Assembly: GCA_024137785.1 (NCBI GenBank)
Contig: JAHRHZ010000009.1
Span: 23,718,601-23,782,600 of the forward strand
DNA from: Ginglymostoma cirratum
Taxonomy: Eukaryota
DNA: 64,000 nucleotides
Reading direction: 5' to 3'
Shown here: positions 48,831 through 61,795 of the stretch, piece by piece
How the letters are laid out: each line of letters begins with the position of its first letter
Numbering within the stretch: position 1 is the stretch's first letter
Notes under the pieces: model-generated
Told to the model about the DNA's origin: nothing
Databases searched by the model: none
What the model saw: the letters and a program-made list of their open reading frames with translations, nothing else
Translations under genes and position numbers: made by a program

Positions 48831-49558
48831 CAACTTTTTTTTACTCTGAGCTTACATATGTTCTTCTAAACAGACGGTTGAAACTTTTATAAACTTAAGT
48901 TAGTGGTCAAGCAACCACAAGCCTAAAGTTGGATATTCTAAATTAAAGCACAGCCAGAGAAATCCGGCCTGGCAGAAAACTGACCAAACTAAATTAAGCA
49001 GGAGCTAACAGTTGTCAGCCACAGAGAAAAGTGGAAACCAAGGTCAAAGAGGTTACAAAGGTTCAAGGTGATCCAGTTACAACCAGCCTGAGAGTTGTAT
49101 ATTAGAGAAGTCTGACTTTCTGGCATGTTGACTGCCTGAGTATGTGTACTTTACACCCCATGCATGACAACAGTGAAGAGTGTTGGTGCAATCCCATTGG
49201 ATGATTTGAAACCACCTCATGACCCCATTGGCCAAAGGACAAAGAACATTCTGGAAGGTCAGGGTGAGGGGCATAAACACCACCCTCTCAGCAAAGACTC
49301 ACAGAGAAGATTCACAACAAAATTCATTGCAGAAGACTGTTTGACAACTCAAGAAGACACAGGAGAAGCTCTGCTCTGACCTGTGAAACCTATCTTTGTG
49401 AAAGATAGTCAACCCTACATCAGAGAGGAAGGAGATTCCAATGGCCAACTGAAAACATGTGGATCGTGTGGGGAACATTGATTCTTAGATGGAGAGAGCT
49501 AGATAAAGAGTCGGTATTGTAGGAATTTGGGAAATGATCACATAGTGCTTTTAATAAG

Positions 49559-50204
49559 TGTGATAATATGTGCCTTTATGAGGGATTTGACTGACTTGGT
49601 TCTCTTGAAGGTGGGTGTTGTAAACTAGGTGCCAAGATGTCTGCTCCATTGAAAGCAGAGTAAACAGCTTTTTTTTAAAAATTAGACAAAAGCAGCATGA
49701 GTGGGTAGACTGAGGCTCACACAGGCCCAGAGTTTTAGTTTTGCTTTCAGTTGTTGAAATTGGGGTTTTGGAGTTGAAGCTGCTAGATTGAGCTCTCTCT
49801 CTGCTGCTGCAAAAGCTTGAGTTCTCTCACTGCTGCTGGATTCATTCTGTCAGTGTTCCGTCTCCTGGACTGGAGGAGATAGCAAGTCCGGGAAAATCTG
49901 TTTTACTTAATTTGCCTTTGCCAAGCGTGTGTTTATAGGATGGAGCCATATTGGAAGAGTTGATGAGTAGGAATTAAATAATATATTATTTTGTTAAGTA
50001 TTTCAGTGGCTTTAAAGTTATGCCAATTCTTCTTTGTTTCTTTGTATTTTAATTGTGGTGTCAGAATAAAATGTGTTTTGCTTAAAACCTAGTAATTTGA
50101 CCAACCTGGAATGCAGCATCTTACATTTGCCGTTAAATAAGATGAGTTAGGGTGTAGACTATCTCATTGATATATTTTGAGGGGCGTTGGTCTGGTCCAT
50201 AACA
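49559..50204 (+). mobile_element. Solo LTR (646 bp) with a 4-bp TSD
   Basis: Termini TGTGAT...ATAACA, flanked by TAAG at 49555-49558 and 50205-50208. AATAAA at 50065-50070. Confidence 0.7.
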
Positions 50205-52069
50205 TAAGAAATATGTTGTTAATAAAATTGGGTTGAGCCACAGGCTGAATTTAGTGTCCTGTTGTCAACTTCACTGACAACAGGACTTAGGTAAAGCATT
50301 TTTAATACAGTGTCCAAACACAGACAAGTTATCACCATCAGTTTTTTTCCCCCTGTAACATGTTCTGGGCATAGAATCTCTATGACTCTAATCTTCAAGT
50401 AATTAACTGGAATAAATTAGTTAACCCAGAGCTTTTTTCTCTGCATCACAAATAGCTTCTGTAGTCTCTTGTTGATATTGTGCTGCATGCACTTAGCTCT
50501 CAGTTTACTACAAAAGATTGCAAACCTCCAGACAGCAATAAACAGTACCTTGAAAAGGTCTATCTTTTGTCAGCCTCTATTTTATGCTGCCATCATCAAT
50601 GGAGGGATACTTCATTCAGAAGCATACTGGCAACAGGCTAAAAATATCAGTGGCTGATATGAAACTTGTCAACAGTTACCTTGCTATACTAAATGGTATA
50701 ATTGGATATGGCTGGACTTGAGGAAAAAGTTTCAGAATGTAGGCTGCAACACTTTTTCAATAATAAAGGTCCAGTGGATCTTTGTCAAACCACCAAAGTC
50801 TACTCACAGGATTGTCTCCTAGCTCCACTAAAGCACATTCCAGCAACCGTACTGTACTGGATGGTTGTGAAACTTGTATCTGAATCTCTTGCAGCAAGGA
50901 ACAGAGCTCAAACTTAAAAATGCTATCTATGGGGGAGACGACATACAATGATTTGCTGCTGGTAGTTCCAAGTGGACTTTCTGAAGAAATGTAGAATGCT
51001 AAAGTCTAAACAGATCCTGTGTTTTACAAATACAAACATGAAAATGCAGCTATTGGTGATTAATAAACTTGACTCTGATATTCTGGGGAACTGACTACCT
51101 GCAACCGTTTTTACAAATGTTTTCTCCATCCCCTTTACTGCACACCGTTCCTAAAGTTTGGTACTCAGAATTGGACTCAATATTCCAATTGAGAATGAAT
51201 CAGGATTTTATAAAGATTCATTATAGTGTGGTGTCCGATCTCCCTCCTGCTTTACTAAGATTTTGGCATCAAGTTCTTCCTTGATGAAAATGGATCAGAA
51301 GTACTTACTGAGTTTATAAGCCATGAATTTTGGCTCCATGCATAAATCCAATTTTTCAACTACAGTCCTTTGCAGAAAAGATTGAGTATTTGATTGTGCT
51401 TGTAGAATGCTCAAAACAGTGGTAGGCATCAATGGATATCAAAATGGTGCAATTTGGAATGAGTCCTGATTCTAAATGGTTATGGTCAAGCAGCCACTTG
51501 TTTGAAAATGGTCACAGCTTGTTAACATTTGTGGAAGTGAACAAGAATAGTTGAAAACAATCACATCTTATGAAATCTGTGCATGCAGGCATCTAAGCAG
51601 CAAAAAAAGCTTCCAACAAGTCATAATATAAACAAAACTAAACAAATTTCAGCGTGTATTTTTAATGTTTTTCCTGAGAGCTTCCCTCATTTCTTCCATT
51701 TCCAGTGGCCATAACAGCCTTCCTTCTCATCATTCTCTCATGCCTCTGTGATGATTCCGTCAGGGTGACCCCTTGTGCCTACTCCACCAAGGAGATCAGT
51801 GTGCAACCCACCAGGGTGATCTCTGTAAAGGTGATCTGAGACTTCTGTGCCCACTCTGCCAGGCTCAACTATTTGCCTTCGGCAGAAGGACCAAAATTGA
51901 GGAAAAATCAAGGGATGTTCCATTGGTGCTGAAAGGGCGGTGGGTGGGTGGGGTGAGCTGTGGGTGGGGATGATAAACAATTAGTAAATGTTACATCAAT
52001 GAAAGAAATAAGTGTGCAGTGGAATTAAATTTTGAAGCTTAGAATGAAAAATAACTAGCAACTCATCAA

Positions 52070-52400
52070 CTCCCAAGGCTTCTTCAACAGTATCTCCCAA
52101 CCTTCTGACTCCACCACTTAGAAGAACATGGGCAGCAGATATGTGGGAATACCATCACCTACAAGTACACCTCCAAGTCTTTCACCATGTTGACTTTGAA
52201 ATATGTTGGTGTTCCTTCACTGTTGCTTTGTCAAAATCTTGGAACTCCCTTTCTAATGGCACCATGGTGTGTGTCCCTACACAAAACAGCTGCAACAGTT
52301 CAAGAAGGCACCTCATCACCACCTTCTCAACGGCAACTTGCGATCAACAGTAAATCCCTGGCCCAGGCAGCAGTACCCACATCTTATGAAAGAACATTTA
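52070..52400 (+). mobile_element. LINE 3' end (same family as 2415-2790)
   Basis: GGGAATACCATCACCTACAAG...CTTGGAACTCCCTTTCTAATGGCAC...GTTCAAGAAGGCACCTCATCACCACCTTCTCAA...GTAAAT. Confidence 0.75.
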
Positions 52401-53034
52401 AAAATGTCACCTATAAAATTTGAAATGAAGCTCTGTGTACTCTAGTGCAGGCCATCAACATTTATCAAAAGATACATATTAGTTGAAGTATAGTAGGTTA
52501 GCGCACTACCCTGACCGGTTCAGACTGATAAATATGTCATTTAAATACAGCTCTTGTTCATAAAATATTCCCTTAATTTCTCTCAGGTTTATCCATCTTT
52601 AATCAAAATTATTTAGGTACTTTCCATCCAGTTCATAGAATTCAGAAAACAGGTTTACAACAGAAAGCCGTTCACCATTCAACTCAAGTTTAGTCTAATG
52701 TGGTAACTCAGAATTTGTGTTCTTGATGTAGAGGTTCACTCAACAGCAGAATATAATACACCTGATTTTCCACATTAAATTCAATTGGCAGAAATTCCAG
52801 TATTCTTGATCTTCAATATTATTGGATAAACCTTTGTGCTGGAAATCCAAATTGATGAACTTGGCAACTCAGTCAGGGAGAAACTATAACATTAACTAGA
52901 ACTGAAGTGAAGGGAATGCACACTGCTCCCAATGTGCCTTAACCCTACTCTGCTGAGAAAAGAATGAAAGTACATTTTATTGGAATGGTTGAGGGAGTTT
53001 TACTCTGCTTTTGTATTCAGTTTTTCCATTTTTA

Positions 53035-53690
53035 AACCATCAATACAGGAATGTGTGTGGCGTCACTGGCTGTGCAATTATTATTGCTCATCCCTTAGTT
53101 GCCCTTGAGAAGGTGGTGCTTAGCTGCCTCGAACCACATGGACTGCACCATGACCCCAACATTATATTGGAGGGAAGGTTTTTGATAAAGTAGCTGAAGA
53201 TGGTTGAGCCTGGGACATTTTCCTGAGAAGCCACTGCAAAGATGTCCTGTGGCAGAGATTTTTGCCCTCCAACAAACACAGCCACTTGCTTTATAACTCA
53301 GAGATATGCAGTTTTGCACAACCCTAACCAGCAGAGACTTTTCTCATGATTCCCATTGACTCTAATTTTGCAGGGGTTCCTTGATGCCACAATCAGACAG
53401 CACAATCATCCATGATGTCAAATGCAGTCACCCTCATTTTTCCTGGAGTTTATTTCTTTTGTCCATGTTTGGACAAAGGCATTAATGAGGCCAGGAGCTA
53501 ACTGGGCCTGGAAGTAGTAAAACTGAACACCAGTAAGCAAGTTATTGTTAAGTAACTGCTACATGATAGCACCATCAATGACAACATCATAATATTGATG
53601 ATTGCGAATAGACTGACAGGCAGTAACTGACTGGTTGGATTTGTCGTGCTTTTTTAAACGGGACATACCTTGGCAAATATCCATACTGTT
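53035..53690 (-). mobile_element. LINE remnant of the same family, internally deleted
   Basis: GCAATTATTATTGCTCATCCCTTAGTTGCCCTTGAGAAGGTGGTG is the reverse complement of the shared tail, followed by decayed ORF2 pieces. Confidence 0.7.
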
Positions 53691-55089
53691 GGGTATCAGT
53701 TTTATAAGAATCCACTGATTGTTCCTCATGCTGTTAGCATAAAGCCTGTGGATGTAGTTAAAGAAAAAAAACAGACTGAAATTAAATTGGATGCTTATGG
53801 CAGCAAACATGACTAAAATGTTTATGCAGCAAAGTCCTGGTCACGCAAGCTACCCAGTGTGTGTCTTCACTGCATATTTCTGAGTCATGAAACACAGTAC
53901 AGGTCATATTGCAACTAATCTGGGCATTGTTTGTTCCCAAAGGAGGACAAACCATTCAATAGTCGGAAACAAATTGACATGAAAAGTAATGACAATTTAG
54001 TGTTTGCCAGTCAGATCCAGAGTCCTGTACTGGAATCATTCATCAGGTTTAACAAAAATCTGTCATTAGCATGCATGGAATCACATTTAAAAAACCCGTC
54101 CTTCAGACACAATGGCAAGGAACAGAAAGACCTTCACTGCTTCCATTACAATTTTTGTTGGCAACATTCACCAATCAATGATAACAATTGCTTTTCTTTC
54201 TACAACCTTTAGGGTGTCCTTATAGCCTGGATATGTGTGTTATGAGAATACGAACTGGTTTGTTTTTACTTCCCGTTGTTTTTGAATTACGTGGGTAGCA
54301 AATTAAAACAGCCCTTGCTACTGTTAGTTTATTGTATAGACCATGACAGAGGAATATTTTACTTTGTAATGACTATTCATCCTATCAGTTTGTAAGAAAG
54401 AAATGCAAGTAATTTATTCAAAGGCATTTCTTCTAAAAGAAACAACAATTTTAATTTTAATTTTGCACTTATAAACATTCCTGCCGTGGTGAAAGTAAGT
54501 ATGGGACCGGGTTGAGGACAGTTACAATCCATTCCAAACTTGGCAGCATGAAAGGTGGATGATGCTAACTCCTCCATGTGATTGGCATGTCCCTGGTAAG
54601 CCATTGGCTCAAGTCCATGGGAAGTGACAGCTGGCCGGTGGGCACAAGTAGAATGTCAAGTGAAAGGACGCCACAAGAGAGGGCTAAAGAAACAGTTCCC
54701 AGCACTTGGGTACATTGTGGGAGACAGTTTCTGGATTATATGTGACTGGGGCGGGGGTGGCCTTAACAAGTGGTCCCTCAAACAAAGTGAAAAAATTAAA
54801 AATGTATTTCTTTAAGCCTCTTCTGGTTTCTCTTCCTGTGAGCTGAATGACAATAACTTCAACAATTATTGCCTGCACCCAAGTACTTTTTAAGCATAAT
54901 TTCTAAGGTCTATCAAAATACATTTCCCCTTGGAAGTGGAAAAGCATGTTTATGAAGAATTAGATTTTTGTTTGAACTTCTGTTGATTTTTTTAATGTGC
55001 ATATCATCTTGGCATTACCATCTTAACTTCATAGTGCCATGGCCCTGACTTGTATCCTTGGTATTTCTTACAATGCTGAAGGTTAAAGA

Positions 55090-55460
55090 AAGATTCAGTT
55101 GGGGTTTTCTAAAGTATAAGGGGCGTTAACAAGCTGAAGAGGTAAATTAGAGTGGACAAACTGGGGAGAAACTATTTCCACTGTTGGGAGAATTGGTAAA
55201 CTGGGGCTCAGATTTTAAAATGATTGTTTAAAAATGTCAGGCATGAGGAGGTAAGGAGAAGAATTTTTACTCAGTCAGCTGTCGCAGTGCCTGAAAGCAG
55301 CTCAACAGTAAGCTTCAGAAGCCAATCTGGTGAACAGCTAAAAGGAAACTAACTGCAGTCTAACAGGAATTGATCTGATATTCCTATGAACAGGGGGCAG
55401 AAAAATTAGATAACTCTTTCAAAGAAATGGCTTGCCTGTAATGGCCACAAGGTTTCATGC
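55090..55460 (+). mobile_element. Ancient CR1 3' remnant
   Basis: GGAGAAACTATTTCCACTG...GGGGCTCAGATTTTAAAATGATTG...GAATTTTTACTCAG, a highly diverged CR1 tail. Confidence 0.5.
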
Positions 55461-57497
55461 TGTGCTTTCATATTCAGCATTAGCTGAAATAATGATCTTT
55501 GAAGATTGTTAATTCTAAGATCATTCTTGCATTGCGAATTGCATTCCCTCTAAATATTCCCAGTTTGTCGTTCCAATTTGTTCAGTCGTCTTTCAAACAA
55601 GTTTACTAATCGAGGTGGTAGATTTTACCAAAAGATTAGATGTGAATTGGATTGAACAATTATCCATAACTAGGAATCTTTGTGTGTCTTTCTTTCACTG
55701 TGGACAATAGCTAAGACTTTTATATTGTCAGGTTTAATGCCTTCATTAGTCAACATGTCACCCACAAATGTCAGCTCAGTGACTCCAAATGCACATTTGT
55801 CTTTTTAAAATTTCAGGTTGAATCTTCCAGTAACTTCGAGTTCTTTATGAAGTCTATTGTCATGTTCTTCTTTGGATGAATTCTACGCTATTATATCATC
55901 AATCAATGTGTCTACACCATAATTCTGCTCATCTATCATACAGTTTTGTGATATACTTTCAGAGCTGAATCAATGCCAAAGGGAAGCCATTGAAATTTGC
56001 ATCTTCCATGAAGAGTATTGAACTTTCATAAGTTTGAACTTGCTTATTCAGTTTCAGTTGTCAGAAATTAAATCGGGATCCAATTTCGAAAATACTATTA
56101 ACCAGCAAAAAAACACATAATTTCTTCATAAGTTGAAAGATTGAAATAATATCCTTTAATGGGACTGTTTAGATCTTTGAACTCTGAGTTTTCTAATTTA
56201 AGTTTAATGTCAAGTATGACATCTTATCTTGTTCAATTATAGCAACACCGTTTTAACATGCTTCTCTGTGTCAGATGACAAAGTATATGTATTAAACAAG
56301 AGTTAGAGGCCTATTTTGAAGAAGAGTTGGATTCTGTATGATAAATTTGTTCCTCTCTCCAAAGATGCTGCCAGACCTGAAGAGTTCTTTCAGCATTTTC
56401 TTTTATTGGAGGCATGACATGTTGTTTCATGAGCATAGCCAACACAGATGGATTAAGAATGCATCTTGTCATAGCTACAGGGGATCAATTCCATATGATA
56501 TATTGCGGATGGAACTAATGTAATGTCATGTCATTGTAGAAGGGTCTAGTTGTACATGAGATTAGACAATTCGATAAGTTTAGATAAAATCCATTAAATC
56601 AGAAATTTTCATAGGAGTGAATCCACTCGATGATCGGCCATGCAGACATTTTGGGTGATTTTGTTTTGATTGTGTGTTCTTGCACAAAGAGATCAACCAA
56701 TTGGAGTTTACATCTCCATGATTTCCCAAACATGAGTGCTTGTGTCAATCACATTTTAAGGGATTGGACACATAATTGCTTGCACCATACAGATTCTTCT
56801 TTGTAAATAATTACAATTCATCTATACGTCCTCCAACGATTAGACCAGCAAGGACTTGATACATGCCTTCTCCTATTGGTTAACCAAGGATTTCATGTGC
56901 CCCCATCACTTCTATAAAGGCTGCCAACGTTCAGAAATTTACCTTTGCCAAAGTACCCTTTAAGCCTGACTGACATTCATACCCCTCACCAGATTATCAA
57001 AAAACTGAAATTATGGCAAAAATATGTACAAAATAACCATAAACAATGGCAAAAATAGCATACTGCATACTGACAGCATCTTTCATTTTCCTTGTATATC
57101 TAATCAATGGCTTCAATGAAATTGAAATTGAATAGGTTTATAATGAATGAACAATCACTTCTGCCAGATGACCAACTACTTATACTGTGATGACTATGAT
57201 TCAAAAATTAGAAGCATAGGGCTGATAATGTGCTCAGCACTTCTAGCAGTATAATTTCATCTTGCTGAGGCTGACTGACGGCTCACTTCAAGGTTTCAGG
57301 CTTATTTAGTGCCCCATGAGTGCTGTACCTGTCAATGCAAGCAGCCAGCACATTGAATTCAGGCATAACCGAGAGCGGTGCTCATGTTACAGAGCACTCA
57401 GCATGTCCAAATTGCGTGATGATATGAATTTCCACATGCACCTTGCAGTCTGGAAACATGGACAATGATAGTTAAGGCTGTAATGTTCTTTTCACTA

Positions 57498-57727
57498 CAG
57501 GTATTTCTGCTGGAACACGAATTGGCTGTAATATGATTGATGAATAGTGGATGCTGTTTGAATAACACAAACTTTCTGCTGTACAGGTATAGCGATTTTC
57601 TACAGCAATTTTCCTGTAATGCAATTTCCCTGTAATGCAACTTTCTATGGTGATTTTCAATAATGCAATTTTCTGTAGCGCGAGGTTACACAAGATCGCA
57701 ACTATCGTGTTAAAGGAAAAATATCTG
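57498..57727. mobile_element. Tc1/mariner-pogo-type MITE (230 bp) with TA flanks
   Basis: ta|CAGGTATTTCTGCTGGAACACGA ... TCGTGTTAAAGGAAAATATCTG|ta, imperfect TIRs of about 22 bp, with internal GCAATTTTCCTGTAAT-like repeats. Confidence 0.7.
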
Positions 57728-60515
57728 TACATGGTGACCAGGAATCTTTCTCGTTCTTACCATTTTCTATTGGCGCATTGCAAAGACTTGCAGGTTGTTA
57801 ACCCAACCTGTTTGACCATAGTTGATCAAGCCTTCCTGACCACCATGCCTGGGGTAGACTCAAACCTAGAGCTTCTGACTGACGGATAGTGAGACACTAT
57901 GCCAAAAGGCACAAACCTTACAAAAAACCTTAGTATGTGAAATTTTGTGCCAAATCAGGGAGTATTCTATAATGAAGCTGGAAAGAAGCCCCTTAAGACA
58001 TTTCAGATTTAAGTCCCAGAGGGCCCTTTCCTTTTGCTTTGACCGCTTTGTTTGCTGGTCCTCTTCGTTAGAGCCTCCATTAGTCAATTTGTCAATATTG
58101 TGGTGGTTTAGCTGTGGTCCCACTGCTGGTACCCAGCATTCCACTCAACCAATGAAGACAGCCTTACACAATAATGTGAAGTGTACACATTTAAAGTTAT
58201 CTGTGGCATCACATCTTTCGCTGTGTGTCGAGTGATACCAAAGTGATAGTGAAATGAACTGATCTTATTATCATGCCAGTAGCAAATAATGCCTTAGGAC
58301 CCACCAGCACTATTTTGGAGTCATATTGTCAGCCCATAAATATTCCATTACCTTCAGGGAAATAAAATCTCTTCATACATAGGTTGCTTTTCTATCTAAA
58401 CAATGGTGTTTATTTTATTTTATGGTCTGATTGCAGCATTGATAGGACTTAAGATGAAAGATCATTAACCATTGTCTCTCTGTAATTTGATATTGTTAAT
58501 TAAATGATTCATTACCATTTTGCATGTGCTCCTCAGAGGTGACCCGAGATGCGTTCTTCAACACATACTCTACACAGCTTTCAGATTATGTGGGACATTT
58601 GGTGAAGCAGAAGACAGCTGAGCGAGAGATTCATTTGGACTCAGACTGCGCAGAAGGTTCTGGGACTTCAAGCAATTCATTGTGATTAAACTATTAGCTG
58701 CAGTATGATTAAGCTCAGTAGTTCACTGAAGTGTGATTAAAAATGTTAATTTCAATGAATAAAAATGATAATTATAGCTTAAATAATAATATTAATTGCA
58801 GTAAGACTGAAACTAATACTTCTGTGAGTGATTTACGGCAGGAGATAAAATAAAACAGCAATTCAGATGTAAGTCTATCTCACTAAGTTTCTAGTGCAGT
58901 CAAGCATATTCTTCCATTCAACTCCCGCCCTCTCCAACTAATGATCGTTAAGCTGTCCTGGAAAAAGTGAAGACTACGTTGCTACCTCACTGATGCACTT
59001 GGTCTCAGAGCATTTCCCAGTTCATGTACAGAACCCAAATCATATGCTAGCTTCTGTACTGAGCCCCGAAAGGTATCCCAACTCTGACACTGAACTCCAA
59101 ACCATAATGTCGAATGTGTTATCTGAAAAAGAGTGTGAAATGTAAATGTTTCAATTGATTTATCATTGAGAATGATTTAATTTTTAATTCAAACAATACT
59201 ACAAAGCAGATGCTGAATCTGAAATAATAGTTGCGCGCAGGTGGGCTAAATTCTTAGCAGAAACTATTGTTTCATACAGAGTGGGATTGAAGTCTGAAAA
59301 ACTCTTATTTTAATAGTTAAGCTGTCTACAATTAAAAACTAATTATTTTGTCCTGAAAACCCATCTCCAAACTAGTGGCTGTACCCAAAGCATCATCATG
59401 AGATCATAATGCCCCAGCCACAGAGGCTAATTGATGATAGACTGCAAAATGTTTGCCAATGAACCAAATACAGAGATTGATTTATTTTGTATGTGACGGA
59501 ATGTCATTGAGCAAAACTTTCATGTCCTAACATCTGGCAAAGTATCAATTTTTGTTGATAACGCTTTTGGGAAGTACCCTCAGGAACTCTACTTCATTAA
59601 AAGAGCAACAGGAATGCAAGTGAATTTTTGCGTCTCTTGGCCCATATTGTTGGTCAACTTTGAGTAATTTACAATTGGCATGATTATCTCAGAATGGATG
59701 CAGAAATGCTGTTGCCTTAGATTCATAAATCTAAGTGGACTGCTGCAGTTAATTTGACCAGAAACATGGCTTAATTGTGTGCAACTAAATATTTGTGTCA
59801 TTGCCCAACTTCTCCATACTATATACAGAAATGTATAAAATCATTTTTTCCTGGTTTCCACTGAGGAACTCAGATTTTTCTGGAGTTGGTGGATTGCTAA
59901 AAGTTGACTTTAGCCTCTTTGATTGAAGATTGAAGAATTCTCTTGCAACACAATGAATCTGAAGCTCAGTACTTATGATGGCCTTTCACAGATTGCATGA
60001 CAGTACCTGATATTTCATACGGCTTCAACTCTTTGTGTGTTCATACAACAAATGGTAACTGACAGGGAATGAGATGGATACTCAATGAGGTGTGACCTTG
60101 CTGGTAGACATACGCGAGAAACCATGTGCTCAGCAGGAGGAATGCTCCCTGTAACATTAGCTTAATATGATCACATCCTGCAGACCAGCTTCTACCTTGA
60201 AATTCCTGAGGGGAAACAGTTTGATATATGCCATACAGCAACAGGAGAACAAATAGGAGTTATTGATCCTGTTGAGTAACCTCAAAAAACTATCAAAAAT
60301 GTTCAAGTAGAAATGGATTTAATAACTGAGTATCTCAAATGCGCACACTGTGTCTACTAATCACTGACGTGAGACAGTAGACATAGAAGTTCTAAATTGC
60401 ATGTAAATAGTTGCATAGGGACAAAGGCACATTGTGCTTTCAACGTTTATGTGACCTCAAGGACCACAATAAAGTATAATGCATCAGATCTACTAGGCTA
60501 CTTAGGCTATTTGTT

Positions 60516-60640
60516 GGAGATAAAAGGTACTGCAGATGCTGGAGAATCCGAGATAACAAGCGTGGGCCTGGATGAACACAGCAGGTCAAGCAGCATCATA
60601 GGAGCAGGAAAACTTGACGTTTCGGGCCCAGACCCTTCAT
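60516..60640 (-). mobile_element. Penelope-like terminal repeat (subfamily B), young copy
   Basis: Minus strand ATGAAGGGTCTGGGCCCGAAACGTCAAG..., about 4 differences over roughly 110 bp from the copy at 20-130. Confidence 0.85.
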
Positions 60641-60949
60641 GTCTTTTTAAATATGGTGGGGGTGTCTCAACCTTGAGCTTCACTAGCTCAATTTAAAGAC
60701 AACCAGACAATCTTAAAGTAAAACTGCATACAGCTGTAGTCAATAACAATAACATCAATTTATATTTAGTTTTTAATGTACTCAGATGTATTTAGGAAAG
60801 CGAAAAGACTAAAGAGGGATTTGAAAACAAGACTGGGAAATTTAAAAAAAGAACTGAAATGATATGAGGCTAACTGTCCATTTGCTTCCCTATTATCTGC
60901 TGAACTTGGATGCTAGCTTTTTGTGATTTATGCACAAAATACCTTGAAG

Positions 60950-61795
60950 CCTCTTTATGCTGTAACTATATACATTCTTCCTTCACTTAAATAATATTCA
61001 GAATCTGTATTCTTCCTGCCCAAGTACAGAAGCTCGCATTTTCCCCTATTAGGTTCCATCTGCCAAGTTTTTGTCCACTCATTTAATCTATCCATTTTCC
61101 ATCTTTGTCTAATTCTCACCACTAGCCTTCCAGTCTACTTTTTTGTGTCATCTGCATGCTTGGCCATAGTACATTCACTTCCTTCATCCAAATCATTAAC
61201 ATACATTTTAAATAACTGTGGCCCTAGCACTGATCTCTGTGGCGCTCCATTAGTTACAAGTAGTCATCCTGAAAGTGTCCCCGTTATCCTAACTCTCTGT
61301 TTTCTATTAGGTAGTCAATCCTCTTTCCATGCTAATATACCATCCCCAACACCAAGAGCCCTTATTATATTAAATAGCCTAACATGCAGCACCTTAATGA
61401 ACTCCATTTGTTAATTAAATATATTACTTCCGCTGGTTCTCCTTCATCTATTCTCCTCAAATTATTCTAGTAAATTTGCCAGGAATGATTTCCCCCTCAC
61501 CAAGCCATGTTGACTCTTATTGATCATATTATGTATTTCTAAATGGTCTGTTATTATATCTTTTATAATAGACTCTAAAATTTTCCCAATGACAGATATT
61601 AAGATAACTGCTATATTGGTCTCTGTTCTTTTTTCTCTTCTTCCCTTTTTAAATGTTATATTACCTACTTTGCAATCATCTACGGCTTTTCCAGAATCAA
61701 AGGATTCTAGGAAGGTTATTACAGTCCACCCCCTATCTCTGTAATCACCTTCTTTAATATCCTAGGATGAAATCCATCAGGTTCAGGGGAATTAT
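60950..61795 (-). mobile_element. CR1 LINE internal RT fragment
   Basis: CTTCCTTCATCCAAATCATTAACATACATTTTAAATAACTGTGGCCCTAGCACTGATC is the reverse complement of [17 protein letters not shown], homologous to 14962-15025. Confidence 0.8.

Noticed and set aside
48488-48892. Three overlapping ORFs
   Set aside because: Polypyrimidine low-complexity sequence.
56315-56410. Additional hammerhead copy
   Set aside because: It resembles an old terminal repeat (TTGAAGAAGAG...AGATGCTGCCAGACCTG), but the core and stems are too decayed to call.
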